DNA from: Psychrobacter sp. HD31
Lineage (GTDB): Bacteria > Pseudomonadota > Gammaproteobacteria > Pseudomonadales > Moraxellaceae
Assembly (NCBI RefSeq): GCF_051097895.1
Contig: NZ_CP142525.1
Span: 330,001 to 362,000 of the forward strand
Direction of reading: 5' to 3'
DNA: 32,000 nt
Shown here: one piece after another, positions 14,672 to 23,022 of the stretch
Layout: every line of letters begins with the position of its first letter
Numbering within the stretch: position 1 is the first letter of the stretch
Notes under the pieces: model-generated
What the model saw: only the letters and a program-made list of their open reading frames with translations
Database searches by the model: none
What the model was told of the DNA's origin: nothing
Translations under genes and position numbers: made by a program

Positions 14672-16297
14672 ATGTCGGAAGCTACGTCCTCGGATACACA
14701 TTCCTTATTTTATAAACGCAAAATCAGCCTTATCTTTCCACATCAGCTGTTTGCTGATGTTAGTCTATGGCAAGATGAATGCTACTTAATAGAAGAAAAT
14801 CTATTTTTTACCCTTTATCCCTTTCATAAACAAAAGCTTGTCTTGCATCGTGCCAGCATGAAAGTCTATGAAAAAAAGCTGATAGAAGCAGGTAAAACCG
14901 TCATTTATATTGATTCAAGCCACAAACACAGCGATTGTCGAAAATTAATCAATAGCTTTGAAATAAAACATGTCGATGACCCTGAACACATCCATTTGAT
15001 TCATTATATTGATGTAGTAGATGATTGGCTGCGTATGCGATTGCAACAAGCATTACTTACAAAAAATATTCGTTTTCGTCCTGCACCAAGTCCCATGTTT
15101 TTAAATCCAATATCGGTATATTGGCAGTTTTTTGCCCCAGATATGAGCCATATAAACCATGTAGACACAGCGAGTAAACCTGTTCAAAAACAACTATTTC
15201 ATCATAATTTTTATATCCAAGCTCGCAAGCGTGAAAGAATTTTATTAACAGAAGACAATAAGCCCATTGGCGGGCAATGGTCGTTTGATGCCGAAAACCG
15301 TAAAAAATACCCACGCAAGCAAACACCGCCCAAAGTCAATTTTCCACCAGTGACAGAGCATTACCAAAATGCAGTGGCGTATATTCAAACCAACTTTGCC
15401 AATCATTATGGCAACATCAATACTGACTTTCGTTATCCTATTAATCATGAGCAAGCAGAACAGTGGTTTGAAGACTTTTTACGTACTCGATTTGCTGACT
15501 TTGGCGTGTATGAAGATGCCATTGTCGATAGTGAAAGCATACTCAACCACAGTGTACTAACACCCATGCTAAACATTGGCTTACTGACACCTGAGCAAGT
15601 TATCAATCGCACATTAGAGGTTGCAGAAGAATATCAGATACCACTAAATTCGCTTGAAGGATTTGTTCGTCAGATTATTGGTTGGCGTGAATTTATGTAT
15701 GGTTTATATGAGTCGGTGGGTAGGCAACAACGCACCACCAATTTTTGGGGCTTTACTCGCAAAATCCCGAAAAGTTTTTATACAGGACAGACGGGTATTG
15801 AACCGATTGATAGCACCATCAAAAAAATTCTTGAAACGGGTTATTGCCACCATATCGAACGCTTGATGGTATTGGGCAATTTTATGTTGTTATGCGAGTT
15901 TGACCCAGATGAGGTGTACCGTTGGTTTATGGAGCTGTTTGTTGATGCCTATGATTGGGTAATGGTACCTAATGTGTATGGTATGAGCCAGTTTGCCGAC
16001 GGTGGTCTAATGGCGACTAAGCCGTATATCAGTGGCAGTAACTACCTTGCGAAGATGAGTAATTATCAAGTTAAATCAAAAGGCGAGTCTGTGGCATGGG
16101 CAAAAACATGGGATGGACTGTTTTGGCGATTTATGCAGGAGCAAAGAGAGTTTTTTGGACAAAACCCTCGCATTGGGATGTTACTAACCCTGTGGGATAA
16201 GATGGATGATAGAAAGCAACAAGCACATTTACAGCAGGCTGAACAGTTTCTAGCAAAATTAGATGCAGAGTTAAGTACTGAACTAAATACAAAATAG
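14672..16297 (+). CDS. Cryptochrome/photolyase family protein of the COG3046 (FeS-BCP / bacterial (6-4) photolyase PhrB-CryB) type, lacking Fe-S ligand cysteines
   Basis: Motifs are 'LIFPHQLF', 'GWREFMYG', 'GYCHHIERLMVLGNF', 'DAYDWVMVPNVYGMSQFADGG' and 'KPYISGSNYLAKMSNY'. SD AAGGA lies upstream. Confidence 0.9.
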   Translation: MSEATSSDTHSLFYKRKISLIFPHQLFADVSLWQDECYLIEENLFFTLYPFHKQKLVLHRASMKVYEKKLIEAGKTVIYIDSSHKHSDCRKLINSFEIKHVDDPEHIHLIHYIDVVDDWLRMRLQQALLTKNIRFRPAPSPMFLNPISVYWQFFAPDMSHINHVDTASKPVQKQLFHHNFYIQARKRERILLTEDNKPIGGQWSFDAENRKKYPRKQTPPKVNFPPVTEHYQNAVAYIQTNFANHYGNINTDFRYPINHEQAEQWFEDFLRTRFADFGVYEDAIVDSESILNHSVLTPMLNIGLLTPEQVINRTLEVAEEYQIPLNSLEGFVRQIIGWREFMYGLYESVGRQQRTTNFWGFTRKIPKSFYTGQTGIEPIDSTIKKILETGYCHHIERLMVLGNFMLLCEFDPDEVYRWFMELFVDAYDWVMVPNVYGMSQFADGGLMATKPYISGSNYLAKMSNYQVKSKGESVAWAKTWDGLFWRFMQEQREFFGQNPRIGMLLTLWDKMDDRKQQAHLQQAEQFLAKLDAELSTELNTK

Positions 16298-16324
16298 CTA
16301 CAGAGCTAAATGAAGAGTTAGCAC

Positions 16325-16699
16325 ATGGATAACAAACCCCAATCATCATCAAAAGACATCCTTTACTACGACAGCGACTGTCCTATTTGTTCTGCTGAAA
16401 TGGATAAGCTGTGTCGGCTAAAACAGGATTCGCTAGAATTGATACCAATCAATCAAATTACCAAAGAAACAGCAGGTGATATTGACGAATCAGAGATTAA
16501 CAACCTGTATGATGAGCTGCATATCCGCACAAGCGATGGCAAGTGGCTAAAAGGCTATGAGGCAAATATCTACGCATGGCAACAAACTAAATATGCACCC
16601 TTTGCTAAATGGCTTGGCAAACCGCCATTGTCTTGGTTTGGGAAGTTGAGCTATCGAATTTGGCTTAAGTGGTATCGGTGGCAACGTAATAAAAGATAA
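16325..16699 (+). CDS. Thiol-disulfide oxidoreductase DCC family protein (DUF393)
   Basis: The N-terminal motif is 'YYDSDCPICSAEMDKL' (DxxCxxC). Confidence 0.85.
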   Translation: MDNKPQSSSKDILYYDSDCPICSAEMDKLCRLKQDSLELIPINQITKETAGDIDESEINNLYDELHIRTSDGKWLKGYEANIYAWQQTKYAPFAKWLGKPPLSWFGKLSYRIWLKWYRWQRNKR

Positions 16700-16734
16700 G
16701 ACACAAATTAAAAATAAAGTAAGGCAATTGTATT

Positions 16735-17589
16735 ATGACAATAACTGAACAACAAATTTTCACCCCCGCTATCATATTTTTTGACATTGACGACACCTTA
16801 AGTCGTGATGGTATTTTAGCCGAGCATAACAAATCCACCTTAGAGCAACTTGCCAAAACCGAAATTAAAGTGGTGATTGCCACGGGGCGGGCTAAGCCTA
16901 TGTTGCCAGAGGACATCATCGACTTGCATGACAGCGGTGTGATAGATGCCATTATCTGTATGAATGGGCAATATTCATTTACCAAAAATGCCCAACAAGA
17001 CCAAAAGATTAAGCATTATCCACTTAGCAAAGCACAAGCCAAGCTGATTGTAGACATTTGCCAACAACAAGACATTATTTATAAGTTTGAATCCACAACA
17101 CACATTGGTTGGTCAGGTAACTCACCAAGGCATGAGCTGTTGCGTAAACTCATCGATGAAAACCATCACTTTATGATTGATCCAGATTTTTATAAAGCCA
17201 ATGATGTGTATCAATGTTCTGTTTTTTTTGAAGGCGATAATGAGCAACTTGCACCAGTTAATTTTGCCGATTATGGATTAAAGCTTGTGCATTGGCATGC
17301 GATGGGAGCAGATATCTTGCCTATAGAAGCATCAAAAGCCAGAGCCGTTAAAGATATTTGTGACTATTACGAGGTATCGCCTGCTGACTGTATGGCATTT
17401 GGCGATGGCAATAATGACATTGAAATGTTTGAGCTAGTCGGTTGTCCTGTGGCGATGGCAGATGGCGCAGAAATATTAAAACAAACGGCTTTAGCTCACA
17501 ATGGTAAAGTAACAGGCTCTATAGAAGAAAACGGCATACAAACGGCATTAACAGAATATGGTGTATTTAATGATGACAGCGGTAATTAA
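16735..17589 (+). CDS. Cof-type HAD-IIB family phosphatase
   Basis: HAD motif I is 'FFDIDDTLS'. Also present are 'VIATGR' and motif IV 'FGDGNNDIEMF'. Confidence 0.9.
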   Translation: MTITEQQIFTPAIIFFDIDDTLSRDGILAEHNKSTLEQLAKTEIKVVIATGRAKPMLPEDIIDLHDSGVIDAIICMNGQYSFTKNAQQDQKIKHYPLSKAQAKLIVDICQQQDIIYKFESTTHIGWSGNSPRHELLRKLIDENHHFMIDPDFYKANDVYQCSVFFEGDNEQLAPVNFADYGLKLVHWHAMGADILPIEASKARAVKDICDYYEVSPADCMAFGDGNNDIEMFELVGCPVAMADGAEILKQTALAHNGKVTGSIEENGIQTALTEYGVFNDDSGN

Positions 17590-17615
17590 CGAACAACTGA
17601 CTAAAAGACCATGAG

Positions 17616-17789
17616 ATGATGAAAAAATCAGGCAGTAATAAGACCATCAAAAAATCTAATTTACCCAGTAAAGTTTGTCCTGTTTGTAAACGCCCCTTCA
17701 CATGGCGTAAAAAATGGCAAAACAATTGGGACGAGGTCGTTTATTGCTCCAAACGCTGTTCGGGTAATAAGCAAGCCATTCATCCATAA
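17616..17789 (+). CDS. DUF2256 zinc-ribbon-like small protein (57 aa; not in the supplied ORF track)
   Basis: I translated it by hand as [57 protein letters not shown]. The 'CPVC..PF.WRKKW...WD.V.YCS.RC' pattern matches DUF2256, a family I recall as frequently adjacent to photolyase genes. Confidence 0.8.
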   Translation: MMKKSGSNKTIKKSNLPSKVCPVCKRPFTWRKKWQNNWDEVVYCSKRCSGNKQAIHP

Positions 17790-17874
17790 GCGTTAACACT
17801 AAGATAAAAGCGAAGCTCAAACTGAAACTGAAACCTAGATTAAAACCAAACCTAACTCCAAATAAGGCACAGCC

Positions 17875-19332
17875 ATGACCATCTCAAAGTCTAATAAAAC
17901 CATCGGCATGGTCATACTCCATAATGACTTACGCATACATGACAATGCCACTTTGCTAAAAGCATCAACGGTATGCGACAGTTTGCTGATTGTGTATCCA
18001 AAACAAAAGCTGTTTTTGCCCACTCAAAACCGAGGGCAAGAATTTCATGCCAGCCAACATGAAAAAATGGGCAAAGCAAGGGCATGGTTTTTATTGCAAA
18101 GCTTGTCAAACCTTGACAAATCGCTACAACAGCTTGGCAATGGGTTGCTATATCTTGATGCAGAGAAAGCAGGCGTGACAACCTTTAATCAGATTAAAAC
18201 ATTGATTAACGAGTTTAATGTTGGGCATGTTTTTGTCAGTAGTACGGCAGATTATGACCAAAATCAGGGCTACCGTTTACTTGCACAGAACACCAATACT
18301 CAGTGGTATTACGCCACTACTCACAGTATTTATGAGACACGACCAACAGAAACGTTGCCAAAAGTGTTTACTGAGTTTCGTAAATTGGTAGAAAAATCGC
18401 ATCCCTGTTTGACAGCGAAAAATGATTTACTAATTTCGCCCACCCCAAGCGTGTTACCCAGTATGCCAGTGATGGCGGCTAACTATCTAAAAAGTGTGCA
18501 ATTGCCCAAGATTTTGGATGTCGCTAATTCGGATTTCGATAATGCAGATATTGCTGAGCTTGCTGATAATCAATCGATAACATCGCCTTTTATTGGAGGC
18601 GAACATCAAGCATTGGCACATTTACAAAGCTATTTTCAGTCGGATGCTCCGAAAACTTATAAAGAAACCCGCAATACCTTATTTTTAAACGATGATACGA
18701 CAACGCAAGCGTCATGGTCACAGACAACACGCTTTGCACCTTGGCTTGCCAATGGGTCGCTATCCGTACGAGTGTTACTCAACCGATTAAGGCAGTATGA
18801 GCGTGAAAAAGTGGCGAACGATTCGACTTATTGGATTTGGTTTGAACTACTTTGGCGAGAGTATTTTTATTGGTATGCCAATACGCACGGTAAAAAGCTG
18901 TTTCGTATGCGTGGCATAAGTGGCAAACCCTCTCGCAAGTGCTTTTATGGCGAACGCTACGAACGTTGGAAAAATGGCAGTACCCCTTATCCAATTGTGA
19001 ATGCTTGTATGAAGCAATTAAAAGCCACTGGCTATATGTCTAACCGTGGGCGACAGCTCGTTGCCAGCTGTTTTATTCATGAGCTTGGTTTGGATTGGCG
19101 GTATGGCGCAAGTTATTTTGAACAACAGCTGATTGATTATGATGTGGCGAGTAATTGGGGCAATTGGCAATATTTAGCAGGCGTGGGAGCAGACCCACGA
19201 GGCTCTCGTAAATTTAATCTTGATAAGCAAACGCAACAGTATGACCCAGAGGGTAAGTTCATTAAAAAATGGGGCGGTAATGACGATGCCACTGTGCTTG
19301 ATAGTGTGGACATGGTGGACTGGTATGTTTAA
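17875..19332 (+). CDS. Cryptochrome DASH
   Basis: Motifs are 'TRFAPWLANGSLSVR', 'WFELLWREYFYW', 'YPIVNACMKQLKATGYMSNRGRQLVASCF' and 'DYDVASNWGNWQYLAGVG'. Confidence 0.92.
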   Translation: MTISKSNKTIGMVILHNDLRIHDNATLLKASTVCDSLLIVYPKQKLFLPTQNRGQEFHASQHEKMGKARAWFLLQSLSNLDKSLQQLGNGLLYLDAEKAGVTTFNQIKTLINEFNVGHVFVSSTADYDQNQGYRLLAQNTNTQWYYATTHSIYETRPTETLPKVFTEFRKLVEKSHPCLTAKNDLLISPTPSVLPSMPVMAANYLKSVQLPKILDVANSDFDNADIAELADNQSITSPFIGGEHQALAHLQSYFQSDAPKTYKETRNTLFLNDDTTTQASWSQTTRFAPWLANGSLSVRVLLNRLRQYEREKVANDSTYWIWFELLWREYFYWYANTHGKKLFRMRGISGKPSRKCFYGERYERWKNGSTPYPIVNACMKQLKATGYMSNRGRQLVASCFIHELGLDWRYGASYFEQQLIDYDVASNWGNWQYLAGVGADPRGSRKFNLDKQTQQYDPEGKFIKKWGGNDDATVLDSVDMVDWYV

Positions 19333-19384
19333 TTATGTTGAATTAAAGTGCTAAATTTGCATATTGAATGAGGATATAAAAATA

Positions 19385-19852
19385 ATGAAAAAGACGGCAA
19401 CAACGCAAAAAATATTATTCCCTTATTTAACCTTGGCAGGGGCAACTCCGTTTATTGTCTGTATGTTTTTACTGCTCTTTGGCTTAAACCATCTGCCATA
19501 TTTGGGAGAAACGACTCAAGTATTAAGGGGGTACGGCATACTTATCGCTTCATTTATGTTGGGTAGCCAATGGGGGAGTCACTTAAGCCTATCAGAAAAT
19601 AATCCATGGTTACTTCGATTGCCTATTTTTACCAATATCATGGCAGTTTTACTATGGTTGGCATATTTGGTTTTATCTGTTGATGTCTTTTTATTGCTTT
19701 TATCTGTATGTTTTTTAGCAATTTTATTTATTGATTACCACCTAAAGCAAGCCAAAATAATTGGGCGAAATTATTATCGCATTCGAGTAATAGTAACAAT
19801 GATTGTGGTTGCATCATTACTTGTGAGTGCTTTAACACTTTTTTTATTTTAA
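19385..19852 (+). CDS. DUF3429 family membrane protein
   Basis: It has four hydrophobic segments and 'YGILIASFMLGSQWG', matching the DUF3429 signature (YG..I.SF.GG..WG). The ATG at 19385 has GAGGA upstream; the track uses a TTG at 19364. Confidence 0.8.
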   Translation: MKKTATTQKILFPYLTLAGATPFIVCMFLLLFGLNHLPYLGETTQVLRGYGILIASFMLGSQWGSHLSLSENNPWLLRLPIFTNIMAVLLWLAYLVLSVDVFLLLLSVCFLAILFIDYHLKQAKIIGRNYYRIRVIVTMIVVASLLVSALTLFLF

Positions 19853-19898
19853 TCGTTTGTACTTAATTTTAGAAATTTGAATTCTCTAGGAAACTATT

Positions 19899-21062
19899 AT
19901 GACATCACAAAAAATTGCCATCATCGGTGCAGGTATTGCAGGATTAACCGTTGCTCATCGCTTACAGACTCTGCCCAATGTGCAAATTACCCTGTTTGAA
20001 AAAGCCAGAGGCGTCAGTGGTCGAACCTCCACACGCCGAGCAGAACCTCATCACTTTGACCATGGTGCTCCATTCTTTATTGCAAAATCTGATGAATTTC
20101 AAACCTTTATTAACCCTATGCTAGAGGCAGGCGTATTAAGCGATTGGCAAGCCAAAGTAGCTGAAGTATCTGGCACACAAGTGACTGACCAATATCAATG
20201 GCAAGCCAATCGATACTTTGTCGCTCAACCAAAAATGAACGAAATGGCGAAGTTTATCGCCAAACAACTGACAAATAATGTAGAAATAAAGCTGGGTACA
20301 AGAGTCGGCAAGATAGAAAAAGTCGATTTAGACGTTGAAAACTTAGAGCATTCACAGGACACAAACGCTGAGACTCAACATAGTACACAAGATAGTAGTC
20401 AACAGTGGCAGTTGACCAGCGATACAGGCGCTAAAGTCAATAAAGCAATCGGCACACCATTAGCATTAGGTGAACAAGGCGACTTGGGTAATTTTGATTG
20501 GGTAATTTGTACCGCTCCTCCCGAACAGGCAGTTGAACTCATTCCAAGCAGTTTGCCTTTTTATCCTCGTATTGAACAAAGTAAAACCGATGGTTGCTAT
20601 GCCTTAATGTTAGGGTTTGACACGCCACTAGATATTAATTTTGATGTGGCATTAATCAAAGATTCTGCTTTAAGTCGCATCGTTGTAAATAGCCAAAAAC
20701 CCATGCGACCTGATGCCTATTCCTTGACCATTTTATCCAGTAATCAATGGGCAGAACAGCACATAGATGCAGACCAAGAATGGGTTAAATCTGAATTACT
20801 CAAAGCCACTAGTGATGTCTTAAAAATTGAGCCAGAAAAGCTACAACAAGCAACGCATATGGGCATGCACCGCTGGCGTTATGCCAATACTAGCCCTGAG
20901 CTTGAGCAATATAATCAAAATCAATCCGCCTACTTATTAGATACCGAGGCACAACTTGGCGTTGCTGGCGACTGGCTTATTAAAGGCAGTGTGGAAAATG
21001 CGTTTAGGAGTGGGGATGCGTTGGCAAATAGCCTGATTAAAGCACTGGCTGATTCACAATAA
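19899..21062 (+). CDS. NAD(P)/FAD-dependent oxidoreductase (COG3380-like)
   Basis: The dinucleotide fold is 'KIAIIGAGIAGLTVAHRL ... FEKARGVSGR'. The C-terminus has 'GVAGDW'. An acidic/Q-rich insertion 'DVENLEHSQDTNAETQHSTQDSSQQ' is present. Confidence 0.85.
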   Translation: MTSQKIAIIGAGIAGLTVAHRLQTLPNVQITLFEKARGVSGRTSTRRAEPHHFDHGAPFFIAKSDEFQTFINPMLEAGVLSDWQAKVAEVSGTQVTDQYQWQANRYFVAQPKMNEMAKFIAKQLTNNVEIKLGTRVGKIEKVDLDVENLEHSQDTNAETQHSTQDSSQQWQLTSDTGAKVNKAIGTPLALGEQGDLGNFDWVICTAPPEQAVELIPSSLPFYPRIEQSKTDGCYALMLGFDTPLDINFDVALIKDSALSRIVVNSQKPMRPDAYSLTILSSNQWAEQHIDADQEWVKSELLKATSDVLKIEPEKLQQATHMGMHRWRYANTSPELEQYNQNQSAYLLDTEAQLGVAGDWLIKGSVENAFRSGDALANSLIKALADSQ

Positions 21063-21087
21063 CTGATAATAGAGGAATCTGTTCGTT

Positions 21088-21810
21088 ATGAAAAACATCG
21101 CTATTTTTGGCAGTACAGGAGCAATTGGACAAGCCATCACTGATGAGCTAGCAAACCGTTATCCCAATGCTCACATTCATGCCATTTCTCGCTCAGCTCC
21201 AACTGGTAATTTAACCAAAGATAATATCAGTCATCATCAAATTGACTTGCAAGATGAAGAATCTCTAAAACAGCTGGCAAGACAAATTACCAATGAGCAC
21301 AAATTAGACTATGTGTTTGTTGCCACAGGAACTTTGCATAATGACGGGGTACAACCAGAAAAATCGTTACGCCAGTTGTCAATGCGTAACTTTGAACAGC
21401 TGTTTGCGGTGAATACCATTTTACCTGCCATTATCGCTAAGCATTTTATACCCAAGTTAAGTAAAGAAAGTAAGTCAGTTTTTGCGGTGTTGTCGGCTCG
21501 GGTCGGCAGTATCTCGGATAATCGTTTGGGTGGCTGGTATGCCTATCGTGCATCAAAATCAGCACTAAATATGATAGTCAAAACGGCAAGTATCGAAACC
21601 AAACGAAGTAATCCAAACGCCATTCTCGTTGGTCTGCATCCAGGTACGGTGGACAGTGAGTTGTCCAAACCCTTTCAAAAAAATGTACCCGAAGGTAAAC
21701 TTTTCACTGCCGAGTTCTCAGCTAAATCGTTAATTGCGGTGACTGATAAATTAGCCAGTGAAGACTCGGGCAAGTGTTTTGATTGGGCTGAGGTTGAGGT
21801 AGGGGCTTGA
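21088..21810 (+). CDS. SDR family oxidoreductase (CsgA/C-factor-like subgroup)
   Basis: Motifs are 'IAIFGSTGAIGQAI' and 'YRASKSALNM' (YxxxK). SD GAGGAA lies upstream. Confidence 0.88.
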   Translation: MKNIAIFGSTGAIGQAITDELANRYPNAHIHAISRSAPTGNLTKDNISHHQIDLQDEESLKQLARQITNEHKLDYVFVATGTLHNDGVQPEKSLRQLSMRNFEQLFAVNTILPAIIAKHFIPKLSKESKSVFAVLSARVGSISDNRLGGWYAYRASKSALNMIVKTASIETKRSNPNAILVGLHPGTVDSELSKPFQKNVPEGKLFTAEFSAKSLIAVTDKLASEDSGKCFDWAEVEVGA

Positions 21811-21864
21811 TTGCAAAAAATTAAGATGCTGAAAGTTTATAAACATTTTAGTAATCATCAAAAT

Positions 21865-21899
21865 AAAAATAAGGTTGTAACTGCACAACCTTATTTTTT
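21865..21899. terminator. Bidirectional rho-independent terminator between convergent genes
   Basis: The stem AAAATAAGGTTGT / ACAACCTTATTTT has a 6-nt loop AACTGC. An A-run on one side and a T-run on the other let it serve both the SDR (+) and the permease (-). Confidence 0.85.
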
Positions 21900-21989
21900 A
21901 AACTAAAACAATACATATTTAAAGAATCAAACACCTACAGCAGGCTAAAATTGTTTAATTAACATGAGCCAATATCTGTATCTATTTAA

Positions 21990-23006
21990 TCAATGAGCAA
22001 TGATAGCCGGTTCGCTTTCTCCAGTAAGGTTATTCTTAGAAGACGCCTCTGCACTGACACTATCATTTTTATCTAAAGCATCAGTCGCATTAAACCTCAA
22101 AACTTGTAAAGTTAAAAATGGAAACTCAATCAACATACCAATAATCAGTGCCGCATAAATTAATGGTTCATTTGGCAAAGCAATCATTGTAAGTCCTAAC
22201 ATTAGCGGGGCATTACGTGCAGTGGTGGTCATGGTATAGAGGATGTGGTTATCACGTTGTAACTTCATAGTTCTAGCAAGCGTTTCTGTAATGACTAAAC
22301 TAATCGCAAAGAAAGCAACCACGGTCATTAATACAATCGCAAAAATTGATAAGTTATCCATGATTTTATGGACATTCACTGCAAAAATAGCGAAAACTAA
22401 GGCATAAATTATCCAATTTGTCATCATGCTTAATGTTGAGGTCAGCACAGGTATTTTGATAGAAATAACTTTTATCATGGCAGCACATAACACAGGAATA
22501 ATAAACCAATCCGTAACGGTGCTGAAAATATCACTAGCACTGATACTAGCAATGGTGTTTTGACTAAACCATGCAACAAAAAATGGATAAAGCATCAGTT
22601 GAGTTAACATATTAATAGGCAATAAGATACTACCTAAAGCAGTATTACCTTTAGCCATTCGAGTAAACCCTAAAAACCAATCCGTGCAGGGCGACATAAA
22701 ATACACAGCCAACCCAATGGCTACTAAAGGTTGATTAGGTAAAAAGAGCTGAGTCAGCCCATATCCTAAAAATGGTAAAATCAAAAAGTTGGTAAGCCAA
22801 GCAACCAACAGAGCTTTTGGCTGTTTGATTACTGATTTTAGTTTGTTAATTGGCACATCTACAAATACTAAAAATATTAATGCTAAAATCAGATAATCGA
22901 CGTAATTACTGATAACATCAATCCCTTCAACCGTTAGCCCTGCTAACGAGCCAAGAATGATTGAGGCTAAAAGCAAAAAGCTGGTTATAAATGCTTCTTT
23001 AATCAT
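21990..23006 (-). CDS. ACR3/BASS-superfamily permease (the type often auto-annotated 'arsenic resistance protein')
   Basis: It has about 10 hydrophobic segments and 'YFMSPCTDWFLGFTRMAKGN'. The ATG at 23006 is preceded by AGGA and lies 16 nt after the upstream gene's TAG. The track's longer form (to 23123) would overlap that gene by 100 nt. Confidence 0.78.
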   Translation of the reverse strand: MIKEAFITSFLLLASIILGSLAGLTVEGIDVISNYVDYLILALIFLVFVDVPINKLKSVIKQPKALLVAWLTNFLILPFLGYGLTQLFLPNQPLVAIGLAVYFMSPCTDWFLGFTRMAKGNTALGSILLPINMLTQLMLYPFFVAWFSQNTIASISASDIFSTVTDWFIIPVLCAAMIKVISIKIPVLTSTLSMMTNWIIYALVFAIFAVNVHKIMDNLSIFAIVLMTVVAFFAISLVITETLARTMKLQRDNHILYTMTTTARNAPLMLGLTMIALPNEPLIYAALIIGMLIEFPFLTLQVLRFNATDALDKNDSVSAEASSKNNLTGESEPAIIAH

Positions 23007-23022
23007 AGTAGTTCCTAAAACA

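Noticed and set aside
17819-17835. Hexamer tandem AAACTG-AAACTG-AAACC upstream of cry-DASH
   Set aside because: It has only 2.8 copies and is too short to tell from chance. I note it only as a possible minor regulatory element.
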